This document shows, piece by piece, positions 46,665 through 57,667 of a stretch of 64,000 nt of DNA (its first letter is position 1; each line of letters starts with the position of its first letter). Below the pieces are notes generated by a model. That model saw nothing but the letters and a program-made list of their open reading frames with translations. It was not told where the DNA came from and searched no databases. This DNA is from a virus (taxonomy: Duplodnaviria > Caudoviricetes). Location of the stretch: IMG/VR virus record IMGVR_UViG_3300046804_003398; one strand, given 5' to 3'. Made by a program: the position numbers and the translations under genes.

Positions 46665-49600
46665 TCACCGAAAATCGATCTTGCTATACCCATTTTCTTT
46701 TTTGATCTCTAGTTGTTGATCAACCATGTCTCTCATTTGATCAAGATGGCTGATAATCCAAATAAACTCAAACTGGTGTTTCAAATATGTAAATAGAGCA
46801 CCCATCTGTCCCAAATGATCACTATCAGCACATCCAAATCCTTCGTCAATACAAATAATATTGGGTCTAGGTAGATTACTAATATTAATCAAAGCAACTC
46901 TGATTGCCAATCCACTCACAAACTTCTCCATACCACTAGCCATTTCAAGAGGCCAACGTTTATCATCATAAACAATGTTGGTCATGATGTTTTTACCGTC
47001 AGTTTGTAGAGTAACACTAAACTCAACAATCTGATGAAGAATATTGTTAACTTCTTTCTCAATCTCTGGCAATGTCTTGGAAATAACATCATATGGAATA
47101 CCGTCACGACTAATAATTGCGGTATACAACTTGTAAGCTTCATATGAAGACTCCAACTCCTTTACCTTATTCAATTGATCGGTAGTATTCTTATATTGAA
47201 GTTCCAACTTACCCTTTTCGGTAGAAGCAGTGAACAATTTTGAATTCACAAACTTAATCTGAGTTTCAATATCCTTGATAAAAGACTTGTGTTCATCAAT
47301 TTGATCCAACAACTTCTGATTGTTTTCAATAGTATCCTTATTCTTATAGAAACTATCAATTGCATCAACAATATCCTTCAACTTGTTTTGCAACGTAATC
47401 AAATAGTTTTCATCACGTAGTATTGCCGTATTGATAACACCACGCTTCTTTTCCAGTTTGACTCTATCATTATTTAGACTCTGACAATTTTTATATCTAG
47501 TCTCAATATCACCAAACTCTTCAACCTTAGACTTTAGAGTGTTGTATTCACCAATGATAGTAGTTGCATTGACCTTTTCATTTTCAAGATCTTGTTTGGT
47601 TGCAATAGCATCTTTTACGAACACGTTGTTGACGCAGTATTCACAATTAGGGTCATACTTATGTTCTTCAAGCTTCTTGAGTTTGTCAACCTTGGTCTTG
47701 ATAACATACTTCAATCGCTCAATTTCAGCCTGCTTTGATTCTTCAAGTTTCTTTGCATTCTTATACTCTTGATATGTAGTCTCAATGTTATCACAAGCCT
47801 TTAGAGAAGAACTCAACTGTGAAATCTCGGAGTCAGTCTCTTCCAACTTAGTCTTATTCTCAGAAATATCCAAAGTGAACTTGTTGACTTTTTCCTCATA
47901 ATCAATCTTATCTTTTTCAAGAGAAGTGATATCAACATACTTGACCGAATCCAGTTTAACAATGTTCTTGCTCAACTGTAGCAGTTCATTATTATGTTCA
48001 TCTTTCTTTAACTCCAATTCCTTCAACTCAACATTGAAAGAAGCGATGTTTTCCAAGTTGGTATTGATACTACCAGATATGGTAACAAGGTCTGCTTCCA
48101 ATTGATCTTTACTGATATTCTTCAATAGAGTATTGGTTTCCTTGAAGTTCTCGTTGGCAATATTATAGAGTTGATCAAAGATATTCAACCCCATGAATTG
48201 ACACAACAAGTCTTTACGTTCAGTCTGACCAAGATCAATAAAAGATCCAGCCTTACTGTTTTGAACACTCAACACAGTCAAAATAAAGTCATCGTATGTT
48301 CCAACATAGTCTCTGATAATATCATTGGTGCTTCTACGAGCTTCACCGTTCAAAGGCACTTCGTTACCATCCTTGTCAATCTTATAGAATTTGACATCTA
48401 CCTTGACACTACCCTTCTTATCAGCCTTACCTTCACGTTCGATGTAATAATCAACACCACTCACTTCAAAATTAAACTTACACTTGAAGCTCATCTTTTG
48501 AGTATTAAGAACGTGGCCAGCCTTGTATCCCTTACTGAACTTATCGAAGACACAAAATGCCAAAGCATCCATGATACTAGATTTACCACTAGCATTTGGA
48601 GCAAACAAACCAATAGTTCCCTTGAGTTTGGTAAAGTCAATATAATTACCTTCACCATAACTAAACATGTTGTCAAATTCAAAGGTCTTTGGCTTCCATC
48701 GAATATTCTTTGGAGTTTTGTCTTTAGGAATTTGAAGGTTGATATCCTTATTTAGATTCTTTACTTTCTCAATCAAGGCCTTATCGGTCTTTTTTGAAGT
48801 CAGTGTTTCTTCAATCAACTTGTTTTGATAATCAACATTGAAGATGTTATGAATATCAAGAACGTGATTTATCTTAGTAGAACTGTTATCAAATTCATCA
48901 ATACGAATAAAAGTTGATTCAAGAATCTCACACTTATCCTTAATTTCATTGATAACTTCTTTTACTTGTGAAGGAATAGATTCAAAACACTTGGTTCTGA
49001 TACGAGCCTTCTTGGGAATATCACTAATATCTGTTACCAACTTACCCTTGTTGATTTCGACAGTATAAAAACCATAGTCGTTTGCCAATTCATAGTGCTT
49101 GAACAACTTACGCTTTAGATCCCACAACAAAAATCCATGACCCTTGAGTTCTTCGCCGTGATTTTGTTGAATCATTGATCCAGCATACACAATCACTGGC
49201 TTATTTTCATCCTCGTTGTATTCTTGAAGTATCTGATGTTTGTGAATATCACCCAACATTGCGATGTGGTGACCGTCAAACAAATTATTCATGATGGTTC
49301 TGTTGCTGACAGTATAACCAACATCTGTCACGGCATCATTCACAGGTCCGTGGAATAGTGCGATGTGATGATCAGTTTCCACCTTATACCTTGAAGGAAT
49401 GGTGTAATAGTTGATATACTTATCTGGTTCATCAAATACACTAAAATGATTGAACAAAATATTCTCATATCTAAACACCTCACTAGGCTTTAGATAATAC
49501 AAATTGGGATGATTCAATGCTTCCACGATGGGAGTCAAACAATCCAATCGTGACTTATTAGCTAATGTAGCATCGTGGTTACCTGCAATCAAGATGGTAG

Positions 49601-49856
49601 GAACTCTATCCGCACAATTCTTCAAGAAGTCACTACCAATTTTGACACACTCTGGACTGAGGTCAGACTTGTTATGGAAAACGTCACCAGTAATAACACA
49701 AACCAAACTTGTGTTCTTTTTGAGTTTGTCCAAGACAGTATAAAAACGCTCGAATACAGAGGTATATTCGTCGTGCCTCTTTGTTAGACGAATGTGAATA
49801 TCAGATACCTGAACCACATTGTCTATACGTTGATCTGTGTTTTTTAATACTATCAT
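46665..49856 (-). CDS. Fused Mre11/SbcD nuclease + Rad50/SbcC ATPase (gp47-gp46 fusion)
   Basis: SDIHIR, GDVFH, GNHD; Walker A APNASGKSS; zinc hook CEYC; signature ASGMEK; Walker B CIDEGFG. Confidence 0.88.
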   Translation of the reverse strand: MIVLKNTDQRIDNVVQVSDIHIRLTKRHDEYTSVFERFYTVLDKLKKNTSLVCVITGDVFHNKSDLSPECVKIGSDFLKNCADRVPTILIAGNHDATLANKSRLDCLTPIVEALNHPNLYYLKPSEVFRYENILFNHFSVFDEPDKYINYYTIPSRYKVETDHHIALFHGPVNDAVTDVGYTVSNRTIMNNLFDGHHIAMLGDIHKHQILQEYNEDENKPVIVYAGSMIQQNHGEELKGHGFLLWDLKRKLFKHYELANDYGFYTVEINKGKLVTDISDIPKKARIRTKCFESIPSQVKEVINEIKDKCEILESTFIRIDEFDNSSTKINHVLDIHNIFNVDYQNKLIEETLTSKKTDKALIEKVKNLNKDINLQIPKDKTPKNIRWKPKTFEFDNMFSYGEGNYIDFTKLKGTIGLFAPNASGKSSIMDALAFCVFDKFSKGYKAGHVLNTQKMSFKCKFNFEVSGVDYYIEREGKADKKGSVKVDVKFYKIDKDGNEVPLNGEARRSTNDIIRDYVGTYDDFILTVLSVQNSKAGSFIDLGQTERKDLLCQFMGLNIFDQLYNIANENFKETNTLLKNISKDQLEADLVTISGSINTNLENIASFNVELKELELKKDEHNNELLQLSKNIVKLDSVKYVDITSLEKDKIDYEEKVNKFTLDISENKTKLEETDSEISQLSSSLKACDNIETTYQEYKNAKKLEESKQAEIERLKYVIKTKVDKLKKLEEHKYDPNCEYCVNNVFVKDAIATKQDLENEKVNATTIIGEYNTLKSKVEEFGDIETRYKNCQSLNNDRVKLEKKRGVINTAILRDENYLITLQNKLKDIVDAIDSFYKNKDTIENNQKLLDQIDEHKSFIKDIETQIKFVNSKLFTASTEKGKLELQYKNTTDQLNKVKELESSYEAYKLYTAIISRDGIPYDVISKTLPEIEKEVNNILHQIVEFSVTLQTDGKNIMTNIVYDDKRWPLEMASGMEKFVSGLAIRVALINISNLPRPNIICIDEGFGCADSDHLGQMGALFTYLKHQFEFIWIISHLDQMRDMVDQQLEIKKENGYSKIDFR

Positions 49857-50764
49857 ATCTTATGTTTAATTTTCAATTTGAATAAATCGCTTTCAGAGAT
49901 CTTAACACTGGCATCTATGGCTTTCCAAGTATTTTTATGTCCGATTTCGTTTGGATCTTTACCGTTTAACAAAATCAAGTGTGCATCAATTCCATTACAA
50001 ACCAAGAATTGACAAATATCCAAACTGTTTTTAATCGCATCATTGTCCAACAACACATTGACCCTCGGAGGTTTTTGTGACGACAACTTGGCTTTTAATT
50101 TGTTAGACAACGTTTTACCAAACAATGGAATCACATTGTATTTCACCGAAAATGCGTCAAACACACCTTCCACTAAAGTTACAGGCTTACTAAAGTCGGT
50201 GAACATTTCAAATCCAACAATATCCTTGGTCGAGTCACACAATCTATACTTCATCTTGCTTTCATAGATGTCTCGACCACAATAAAAGTTTAGTTCACCC
50301 GTTGCAGAATATGACGGAACCACAACTCTGTTTTTGAATTGACCGTCAGAACAATATCCGATGTTGTATCGAATCATATCGTAAACCGACAGACCACGTT
50401 TAAAACAATAGTTCAAAGCGTGTTTGTGCGTAACATCCGAACTAGCCTTATACAAGGGTTTGAATTCAGACGGAAGTTGTAACTTTTTGATTTCGGATTT
50501 GATTGTTTTTGGAGCCTTTATTTTGCACAACGACTCATAGAACTCCGCCGGAGCTTTGATCTTGTTTAGAAGACTCTTGAATCCTTTACCACTAAAATTA
50601 CAAACCCAACAATGATAATAACCAGTTGTGGTGTTTACGTTTAACTTTCTTTTATAGTGATTACAATTAGGACAAAAAAACATCAACTCCGTTCCGCCCT
50701 TTTGGACAGACGGTTTGTGTTTAAACAGTCTTGTAAGTGTATCTATAACAGAAGTCTCTACCAT
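49853..50764 (-). CDS. dnaG: DNA primase (Zn-finger + TOPRIM)
   Basis: CPNC...HCWVC, VVVPSY, LVEGVFDA, LDND. Confidence 0.85.
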   Translation of the reverse strand: MVETSVIDTLTRLFKHKPSVQKGGTELMFFCPNCNHYKRKLNVNTTTGYYHCWVCNFSGKGFKSLLNKIKAPAEFYESLCKIKAPKTIKSEIKKLQLPSEFKPLYKASSDVTHKHALNYCFKRGLSVYDMIRYNIGYCSDGQFKNRVVVPSYSATGELNFYCGRDIYESKMKYRLCDSTKDIVGFEMFTDFSKPVTLVEGVFDAFSVKYNVIPLFGKTLSNKLKAKLSSQKPPRVNVLLDNDAIKNSLDICQFLVCNGIDAHLILLNGKDPNEIGHKNTWKAIDASVKISESDLFKLKIKHKI

Positions 50765-50776
50765 ACGTCACTTCAG

Positions 50777-50804
50777 ATACTACACGACGAATCGGAAGAT
50801 TCAA
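50777..50804 (-). promoter_or_regulatory. Possible sigma70-like promoter for primase-sbcDC
   Basis: TTGAAT, 16-nt spacer, TAGTAT; 12 nt before ATG. Confidence 0.35.
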
Positions 50805-50808
50805 CTTT

Positions 50809-51321
50809 TTATTTTTCGACATACATTGCGCACACAATTCCATCATACATGTCGCTATTTCGTTCGTCCCAATTTCCCTTCTTATTTTTAACAGTAAACT
50901 TGGTGACGTTCGGCATCAATTTTTCCAACTCTTCTTTTACAAACTCTTTTGGTTTGATGCCCTTGACACGACACTTACCAAACAAATGTTTACGCATTGT
51001 AGTGACCGATAAAAGATTTACTTTCGTCTTGAAATGTTCTTCAATGATGTAAGCAAATACAGCGTTGTGTCTGGCTAGAGTTATAATAACTTGTTGTGAA
51101 GTAAACCCGCCTGCAAAACCACTTAGAGCAGCTTCAAGATTAATATGATCCACCTTTTTTATAAGTGGCACCTTTTCCAATTCTGAAATTACATGAAACG
51201 TTTTTTCTTTGGTAGTTTCGAACTTTTTTGTGTCAATAAATCCCGCTTGTTCGATCTTACCGTCAACGTTAAATGCCCATCCAGTTACAGATGTTGAAGA
51301 ATCTAAACCCAGTATAACCAT
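50809..51321 (-). CDS. ruvC: RuvC-like Holliday junction resolvase
   Basis: ILGLDSSTSVTGWA, INLE, DMYDGIV. Confidence 0.75.
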   Translation of the reverse strand: MVILGLDSSTSVTGWAFNVDGKIEQAGFIDTKKFETTKEKTFHVISELEKVPLIKKVDHINLEAALSGFAGGFTSQQVIITLARHNAVFAYIIEEHFKTKVNLLSVTTMRKHLFGKCRVKGIKPKEFVKEELEKLMPNVTKFTVKNKKGNWDERNSDMYDGIVCAMYVEK

Positions 51322-51335
51322 TAACAATAGATATA

Positions 51336-51824
51336 TTAACGGGTAAACTTGCCATTAATATATTTGTTGGAATTGAATCCCTTCAAATAGATAGAAAGCT
51401 GCTTGGATTGATTTCCAGTAGCATCTTTGAACTGAGTAGCTCCAGTTGGAGTATTTGTAACAAAGCCTGGGTCAACGGTATACAACGAATCCTTGATTGA
51501 AGATCCTCCGTTCCAGTTTGTAGCAATCTTGTTTACACCATTGGTGATCACTGGACCCAATCTGGTATTATCACTATAATTGAGTGCGCTCTTATTGAAA
51601 TTCTCAGTGCCAGTTGTTACCTTTGTCAAAAATCCCTTACTAATAGTCCAATCTCTATCAGCAGTGCTACCACCAAGAGACAATTCATTAGATCCTTGAG
51701 TCTTTACGTTCTTTTGAACTGGTTGGTAAGCACCACCAGCAGCTTGACCAGACAAATATCTGTCTGCCAAACTCTTGTTTGATGATTCACGGTCAATTAT
51801 TTTGCTGTCAGATAGAGTTGCCAT
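51336..51824 (-). CDS. Hypothetical, probably virion, protein
   Basis: S/T/N/G-rich ORF with an internal repeat (GFLTKVTTGTENF / GFVTNTPTGATQF). Confidence 0.6.
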   Translation of the reverse strand: MATLSDSKIIDRESSNKSLADRYLSGQAAGGAYQPVQKNVKTQGSNELSLGGSTADRDWTISKGFLTKVTTGTENFNKSALNYSDNTRLGPVITNGVNKIATNWNGGSSIKDSLYTVDPGFVTNTPTGATQFKDATGNQSKQLSIYLKGFNSNKYINGKFTR

Positions 51825-51857
51825 ATGATTTTATGTCGCTTTATATAATAAATATGG

Positions 51858-54449
51858 TTAGGTGTCCCATTTAACAACAATATTTATTGGAATTTGACCA
51901 TTGTTTTTTATAGGAGTTGCAATTTTTCCAACTGCTACTAGATCAGCACCCGCATACAATCCAACCTGTGTAATGTATGGTGCCAAATAAGAACCAGTAG
52001 GATCTACAGACGAACTAAAGTTGTAATCGAAGAACTCAGCTTTGATAGTATTTTGACTACCTTTACCAGTTTGTTTATCCAAGAAAGAAATGATGTCGTC
52101 ATAGTTTTTCCTTCTTGATGTTGGTGTGATATACTGTTGGTAATTTTCAACCGTCAAATTTTCTATAAAGTAGTTCCAGATCATATACGCATCTGCGTAA
52201 TTTACCATACCATCTTTATTTACATCAAAGTCTTTGGTTGCCAACTCACACTTTAACTCTGGAGTCAATCTATTGTTTGTATAATCTACCATCGAAGAAC
52301 TGAAGTATCCAAAGATGCTTTCTTGAACATCTCCAGACACCAATACATCCCACCATGATTCAACGTGAGTTGTAGTCAACTTATAGTTAATATATCTCAA
52401 AATAATATCCAAATTACTAAAGTCAAATGTCTCTTTGTTGATCACACAATATGGTCCAACATAAGATGCAGTAACAGCAGTTGGATTTGTAGAAATATTA
52501 AACTCGCCAGGTTCTACAGTGCAAATGTATTGTTTTTCATGTAGAGTTATTTGACTTTGATATTCTCCGTAAATATAGTCATCCAATTGTTGTAATGGAT
52601 TCTTCAATATATCAGACAATATACTACCAGTATTATTGACCACAAACTTATTGTAACTATAAAATATGTTACCTATATTTGGATTGGTTTGAAGATCACC
52701 AAAATCATAAATAAAAGCTCTACCAAATACTGAATCTGTGACATTTGAATCTTGTTCCATCACAAGCACAATTGACCCACTATCAGTTGCGTTCAAGTTG
52801 CTACCATCACAACCACAGATTTCATCTTCCATTCTGAAATAAAATGAACTGATAGATGGTCCGTCTGAGTTACATGTAAACAAACCACTGCCGCTTTGTT
52901 CAGCCGCATATGGTTCTGACAAATACAAATCATCATTCAAAGGTGCTGGTGAACCAATTACCAAATTTAAATCTGATAATGCTACTGAGGCACCAAATGC
53001 GGTAAAACTTTCGTCTAACTTTTTTCTGTATCCGATTGGTGTGGTTGTTGCCATCTTCAACGTCAAATTATTATCACATGACCCCGTAGAAATCTTGTAT
53101 AACATTGCTTGACCGTTGAATGTGCTAGCACCAAAATCGTTTGTTTCAAAGTTGATATTGTATCTGTTTACCGACGAAGATAGATACAAACTAGAGAATG
53201 GAAAATATGGTTTTGGAGAACCAGCAAGAACATAATGACCGTTTATGTCAACACTGTATCCAAACATATTGTCTTTGAAAGTATTTGTGTCACCGTAGAT
53301 CTTCTCCAATAGAACATATTGTTTGGTTCCAACAGCAGGTATGTTGTAATAATAAATTGCACCACGTTGTCTCAACGGTTGAGAACCAGTCAATGCCATC
53401 GAACTACTGTATTCGTAGTATATCAGATCATTTGGAGCACCAACAATCAGATTATCTTTAGCAATAGCAACTGAATATCCATATCTAGTTATTGACTGAC
53501 TGATAGGTAACCAGTCAAGATCTCCGTCACCTTGCAATTTTAACCACTTTGAAGAAGTATCTTGTGTTAGAGTTTGAGTAAGTTCCCAACTTCCATTAAT
53601 CAGATTACCCTCTCTAAAATACACAAAGACTTTGCTACCTGTTTGTGGAGCAGATGCTATTACCAATCTATCTTCATTGTATTTATCAATATAAACCGAT
53701 GACCCAAAATACAAATCAGCACCATTTGATGATGAAATAGTTTGATAGTATGTGTAATAACCACATCCAGATCCAGTATACAAATAGATGTCAACGGCAC
53801 CTCTGTTGGAATTTCTGAATGGTGAACTTATTGCCAAAAAGTTGTTTGACACGGCGACCGCACGACCAAATCCTTCAGCTGCCGATCCAGTAACTCCACA
53901 AAATGGACTGTTTGGTAAAGAAAATAAACTGTCATTTTCTACTGAACAAGACCCCGTTGATGCTTCATCGTAAATTTTGTATATGTCTACGGTTGCATAA
54001 TTTTGATCAATGTTAGCAATACTTTGACTAAAAGCAATGTCTGATATTACCAAGAATCTTTCGCATATTGCCAAAGCAGAACCATAAGACGTTTGTTTTT
54101 GTATTACAGTTCCGTCTTCCAATATCAAAAAGTCACAGGCTAATGAATTATCAGCCAAAGACCCACTTTCATATCTTAATGATGCTGTATAGGCAGAACT
54201 TGCACTTTGTTCTGTATAATATGATAGTAGTTCACCGTGGTCGAGAGGACTGCCTCGTCTATAGGTCTTTGCAAAAGAATAATTGGTAGTGAACCTGTTT
54301 TTTTGATAAACCAACACTTCACCGAGTCTTGCAAACCCCTCATTACAAGAATATGGCTTTGAATTGGTATTTGAAACCGCTATGTAGTTACCGTTTGTAA
54401 CCACATGTTGGCCAAAGTTCTCATTATAGATGTTTAACAGATTCGACAT
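51858..54449 (-). CDS. Virion protein with FG-GAP-like propeller repeats and a collar-like C-terminus
   Basis: FGRAVAV, FGSSVYI, YGYSVAI..LIVGAP, FGYSVDI..VLAGSP, FGASVAL..LVIGSP; EF-hand-like DVNKDGMVNYAD. Confidence 0.7.
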   Translation of the reverse strand: MSNLLNIYNENFGQHVVTNGNYIAVSNTNSKPYSCNEGFARLGEVLVYQKNRFTTNYSFAKTYRRGSPLDHGELLSYYTEQSASSAYTASLRYESGSLADNSLACDFLILEDGTVIQKQTSYGSALAICERFLVISDIAFSQSIANIDQNYATVDIYKIYDEASTGSCSVENDSLFSLPNSPFCGVTGSAAEGFGRAVAVSNNFLAISSPFRNSNRGAVDIYLYTGSGCGYYTYYQTISSSNGADLYFGSSVYIDKYNEDRLVIASAPQTGSKVFVYFREGNLINGSWELTQTLTQDTSSKWLKLQGDGDLDWLPISQSITRYGYSVAIAKDNLIVGAPNDLIYYEYSSSMALTGSQPLRQRGAIYYYNIPAVGTKQYVLLEKIYGDTNTFKDNMFGYSVDINGHYVLAGSPKPYFPFSSLYLSSSVNRYNINFETNDFGASTFNGQAMLYKISTGSCDNNLTLKMATTTPIGYRKKLDESFTAFGASVALSDLNLVIGSPAPLNDDLYLSEPYAAEQSGSGLFTCNSDGPSISSFYFRMEDEICGCDGSNLNATDSGSIVLVMEQDSNVTDSVFGRAFIYDFGDLQTNPNIGNIFYSYNKFVVNNTGSILSDILKNPLQQLDDYIYGEYQSQITLHEKQYICTVEPGEFNISTNPTAVTASYVGPYCVINKETFDFSNLDIILRYINYKLTTTHVESWWDVLVSGDVQESIFGYFSSSMVDYTNNRLTPELKCELATKDFDVNKDGMVNYADAYMIWNYFIENLTVENYQQYITPTSRRKNYDDIISFLDKQTGKGSQNTIKAEFFDYNFSSSVDPTGSYLAPYITQVGLYAGADLVAVGKIATPIKNNGQIPINIVVKWDT

Positions 54450-54482
54450 TTACTATAAATATTGAGTAAACATGAAATTCAA

Positions 54483-55160
54483 TCATGTTCTTACAAAATG
54501 ATAATCCGCATCTGGACCATTACCACAGAAGTATTTGTGTGGATTATCTACCAAAGTGAATCCCAGTGATTGAATAAACGGTATAGAATCGTTCACTTGT
54601 ATAGCTCCAATATTATATTCAACATGTTGCAGTTCAACGATCAAGTGATTTACGGTCTTGAGTGTATTTTCCATACCCCTCAAAATGTCCAATTCAGCAC
54701 CTTGAACGTCAATCTTTACAAAGTCTGGAAGTAAAAATCCTTTTTCTTTGACTATACTATCAATTGATCGGGTCTTTCTTTTCTTACCAGATGCGTCACT
54801 ATAGATCTTTTCGGCCGCCGGTGAATACTTTACATTCTCCCGATAATATGAATTGCCACCCAAACACACTGGATCTTCATAAAATGTCACTTCTTTACCA
54901 TCTGTATCGCTAAACACACCCAAAGCATAATCTGCGTTAAACTCTTTATAGAACTCCTCAACTTCCAACACTGCTTCGAACGCGTAATATTTTGCGTTTG
55001 GCCACACTTTTTTTGCTTCTTTGGTCCAATGCAAAGCAGCAGACCCAATATCATAAATTACAGTTGGAGTGTAATTAATTTTGTTTAAATAATCAATGTG
55101 AGGTTTTGGAATACTCACATCATTATGAAGTCTACGATAATAATCTGTATAATTAGACAT
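54483..55160 (-). CDS. FkbM-family methyltransferase
   Basis: IYDIGSA, FVKIDVQGAELDILRG, LIVE. Confidence 0.85.
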   Translation of the reverse strand: MSNYTDYYRRLHNDVSIPKPHIDYLNKINYTPTVIYDIGSAALHWTKEAKKVWPNAKYYAFEAVLEVEEFYKEFNADYALGVFSDTDGKEVTFYEDPVCLGGNSYYRENVKYSPAAEKIYSDASGKKRKTRSIDSIVKEKGFLLPDFVKIDVQGAELDILRGMENTLKTVNHLIVELQHVEYNIGAIQVNDSIPFIQSLGFTLVDNPHKYFCGNGPDADYHFVRT

Positions 55161-56334
55161 TGGTTAAATTGTTTATGAATGTTTCCCACATAGATCCAAC
55201 CGTGTTAATACCAAATCTACCTAATATGTAATTGGCTCCTTCTGATTGAATTTTGTTCTTTAACGTAGGATTTTGTTCTAGTTTTTTTACCACTTCGACA
55301 ATCTTTTCAGGTGTATTAAATATACCCACTTCATCTCGACTCAATGGTTCTGAATTCATCTTATCAAAATTAGCACCATTAGGAGCATCCGCCCAAGCAC
55401 AATATTCTCCAAAATACTCAGGCAAAGCACCGAGTGGATATGTTACGACAGTAGTTCCCAACGCAATCGCTTCTGCAACAACACACGAAAATGTGTCTTT
55501 ATGAACATCTTTGTAAGGAGTGTATAGTGGATACAAAAAATACTCACTTTCAGCAATGTGTTTAAACAGTGTAGATTTGTCAACACCATTGTGTAAGTTA
55601 AACCATGGATCATTGTGTGCGTGTATACACATCAAATAATCAAATGCGTGAAATTGTGAATCGGGGTAACCAAGTTGGCGAACTGCGTCCACAGCAACAT
55701 TACCGCCTCTAGCCCAAGCAGCATGAAAAATAAACTTGTGTTTTTTCTTCACAATGTTCTTGGATAAAGTTTCACGAATAATATCTTCGGCCACTGGATT
55801 TGGTATCAAAGTAGTAGCTAATCGGTCTGTAAATATTTTTGCTCTTTCTACAACCAACGAGGTCATTTTCTTTTCCCACTCAGATATGTGAACAAAACCC
55901 AAAGATAAATTGTTGTCCTTGCAATATTGACCCACTTCGTCAATACCATAAATCCACTGCATATGAGACCAATATATTACAGATTTGGTAACCTTTATTG
56001 GTAATTTTTTGTAATCATGATACCACAACGTATTGACCAAAATATCAAACTCTTTGTTTTCTATTCCATCAAACGACATGTTACAATATTTTACTCCACG
56101 AATTTCTTTTCCAGAAATAAACTCTATTCCTTGAGATCTAAGTTTTTGTTCTATTGGTTTTTCCAACATTTCAGTTGCAAAAACAACATCGTGTCCTTTG
56201 CTTGCCAAATACTCCGCTACCAAAATTGTGCTGGTGTCAGTGCCACTAGCACCACCGCCACCATAACGAATAGTTTCTCCGTTTAGATAATTGCTACGTC
56301 TACTGTTACCTATGACCGTAAATACTATTCTCAT
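55153..56334 (-). CDS. GT-B (GT4-like) glycosyltransferase
   Basis: GGGGASGTDTS, FVHISEW, DTFSCVVAEAIALGTTVV. Confidence 0.8.
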   Translation of the reverse strand: MRIVFTVIGNSRRSNYLNGETIRYGGGGASGTDTSTILVAEYLASKGHDVVFATEMLEKPIEQKLRSQGIEFISGKEIRGVKYCNMSFDGIENKEFDILVNTLWYHDYKKLPIKVTKSVIYWSHMQWIYGIDEVGQYCKDNNLSLGFVHISEWEKKMTSLVVERAKIFTDRLATTLIPNPVAEDIIRETLSKNIVKKKHKFIFHAAWARGGNVAVDAVRQLGYPDSQFHAFDYLMCIHAHNDPWFNLHNGVDKSTLFKHIAESEYFLYPLYTPYKDVHKDTFSCVVAEAIALGTTVVTYPLGALPEYFGEYCAWADAPNGANFDKMNSEPLSRDEVGIFNTPEKIVEVVKKLEQNPTLKNKIQSEGANYILGRFGINTVGSMWETFINNLTNV

Positions 56335-57578
56335 ATATTCTTTTCGTATCGTGGAGTCCATCCAGATTTGGTGTGACCATACATGACCAACTTATCAGGT
56401 CTGTTTTCACTCATAAACTTGGCAGTATGAGTGGTCTGTGTATAGTTGAACACATTTGGATTTTCACTTGGTTTAAAATCAACTCTGTGTAAATTGTTAC
56501 CAAACTTATCAATAATACCCAATGTGATAAACTCGTATCCATCCAACACATTGTTCTTGAAAAACTCAACATCCCAATTTACCACGATATTGTAATTTTC
56601 CATGGTAAACTGTTCTTCCCACACACCTGGATTGGGTGGTTCATTAACCTTTAGAGTGTATCCTTGAATTCTACACTTCTTAAAGTCAAATCCAAAAGCT
56701 ACTTCATAGTCACGGAGTGTTCGTTCGGTTCCCAACCCATAAACGCCAAATGGAATATTGTGATTCTCTTGACCAAACAACTGTCTGACTAGATTACGTG
56801 ACAACACATCACGTTCACCGCTGGTAACCTTGATCTGTTCTGTCTTGTGTCCATGATCATCCCAGTGTTTGACACGATAGTTACGGGTATACTCATGCCA
56901 TAAAATCATTCTGTATGGAGAAAAGAAATCATATCCATGACTATAAGCTCTAAGACTCATAGAAGTTTCTTCTGTATAACCACCAAAATAAACTCTAGGA
57001 TCATACTGAACTTCCTCACAGAACTTACCTTGTGTAAAAATAAAATGTCCGGATAGTGTTCTTGCACGAATAACTTTAGTTCTTGATTTGTAGTCTTGTA
57101 TAAACCAAGGCATACTCATCAACAACTTATCATAAGAAAACTCATACTGACTCATCAAACAAGGAACCGGGTTCCACGTTGATGGATCATCTTTTGGATT
57201 GAATGGTGTGCAATAAGTTGTAATGATTGGTTTCTTACAATATTCAAGAGCTTGATTATAGTCTTCAATACACATCGCATCCCAGTCTTGAACAAACCTA
57301 TGATGTGAATCAATTTGTAATGTATACTCTTCGTCCTTCCACAACTTTTGTGTTAGGTTTCTTGCCCACCCCAAACCCTCACTCTTTTGATATTGAACAT
57401 CTACAACTCTGAATCTAGGATCGTTGGTAAATTCTTCTAATGATTCAGTATCATCACGTTGCCAACAAATACCAAACGTCAGATTTTCTGGATGTTTGGC
57501 TTTGGTAATTAGATCTCGGATTGTAGGAACCAACTCTGGGTCTCTATAACTAGCAATTTGAACGAATATTTTAGACAT
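56331..57578 (-). CDS. GT60-like (Gnt1/GlcNAc) polypeptide glycosyltransferase
   Basis: IFVQIASYRDPELVPTI, GLGWAR, LQIDSHHRFVQDWD, YFGGYTEE...LRAYSHGYDFFSP, LWHEY. Confidence 0.8.
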   Translation of the reverse strand: MSKIFVQIASYRDPELVPTIRDLITKAKHPENLTFGICWQRDDTESLEEFTNDPRFRVVDVQYQKSEGLGWARNLTQKLWKDEEYTLQIDSHHRFVQDWDAMCIEDYNQALEYCKKPIITTYCTPFNPKDDPSTWNPVPCLMSQYEFSYDKLLMSMPWFIQDYKSRTKVIRARTLSGHFIFTQGKFCEEVQYDPRVYFGGYTEETSMSLRAYSHGYDFFSPYRMILWHEYTRNYRVKHWDDHGHKTEQIKVTSGERDVLSRNLVRQLFGQENHNIPFGVYGLGTERTLRDYEVAFGFDFKKCRIQGYTLKVNEPPNPGVWEEQFTMENYNIVVNWDVEFFKNNVLDGYEFITLGIIDKFGNNLHRVDFKPSENPNVFNYTQTTHTAKFMSENRPDKLVMYGHTKSGWTPRYEKNI

Positions 57579-57667
57579 AACCACTGTTTATATAGATATT
57601 ATAACAATTCAAACCGTTATTATAAAATGATCGTTATTAAACTACAGTATTCCACTTTAAAGTTACA

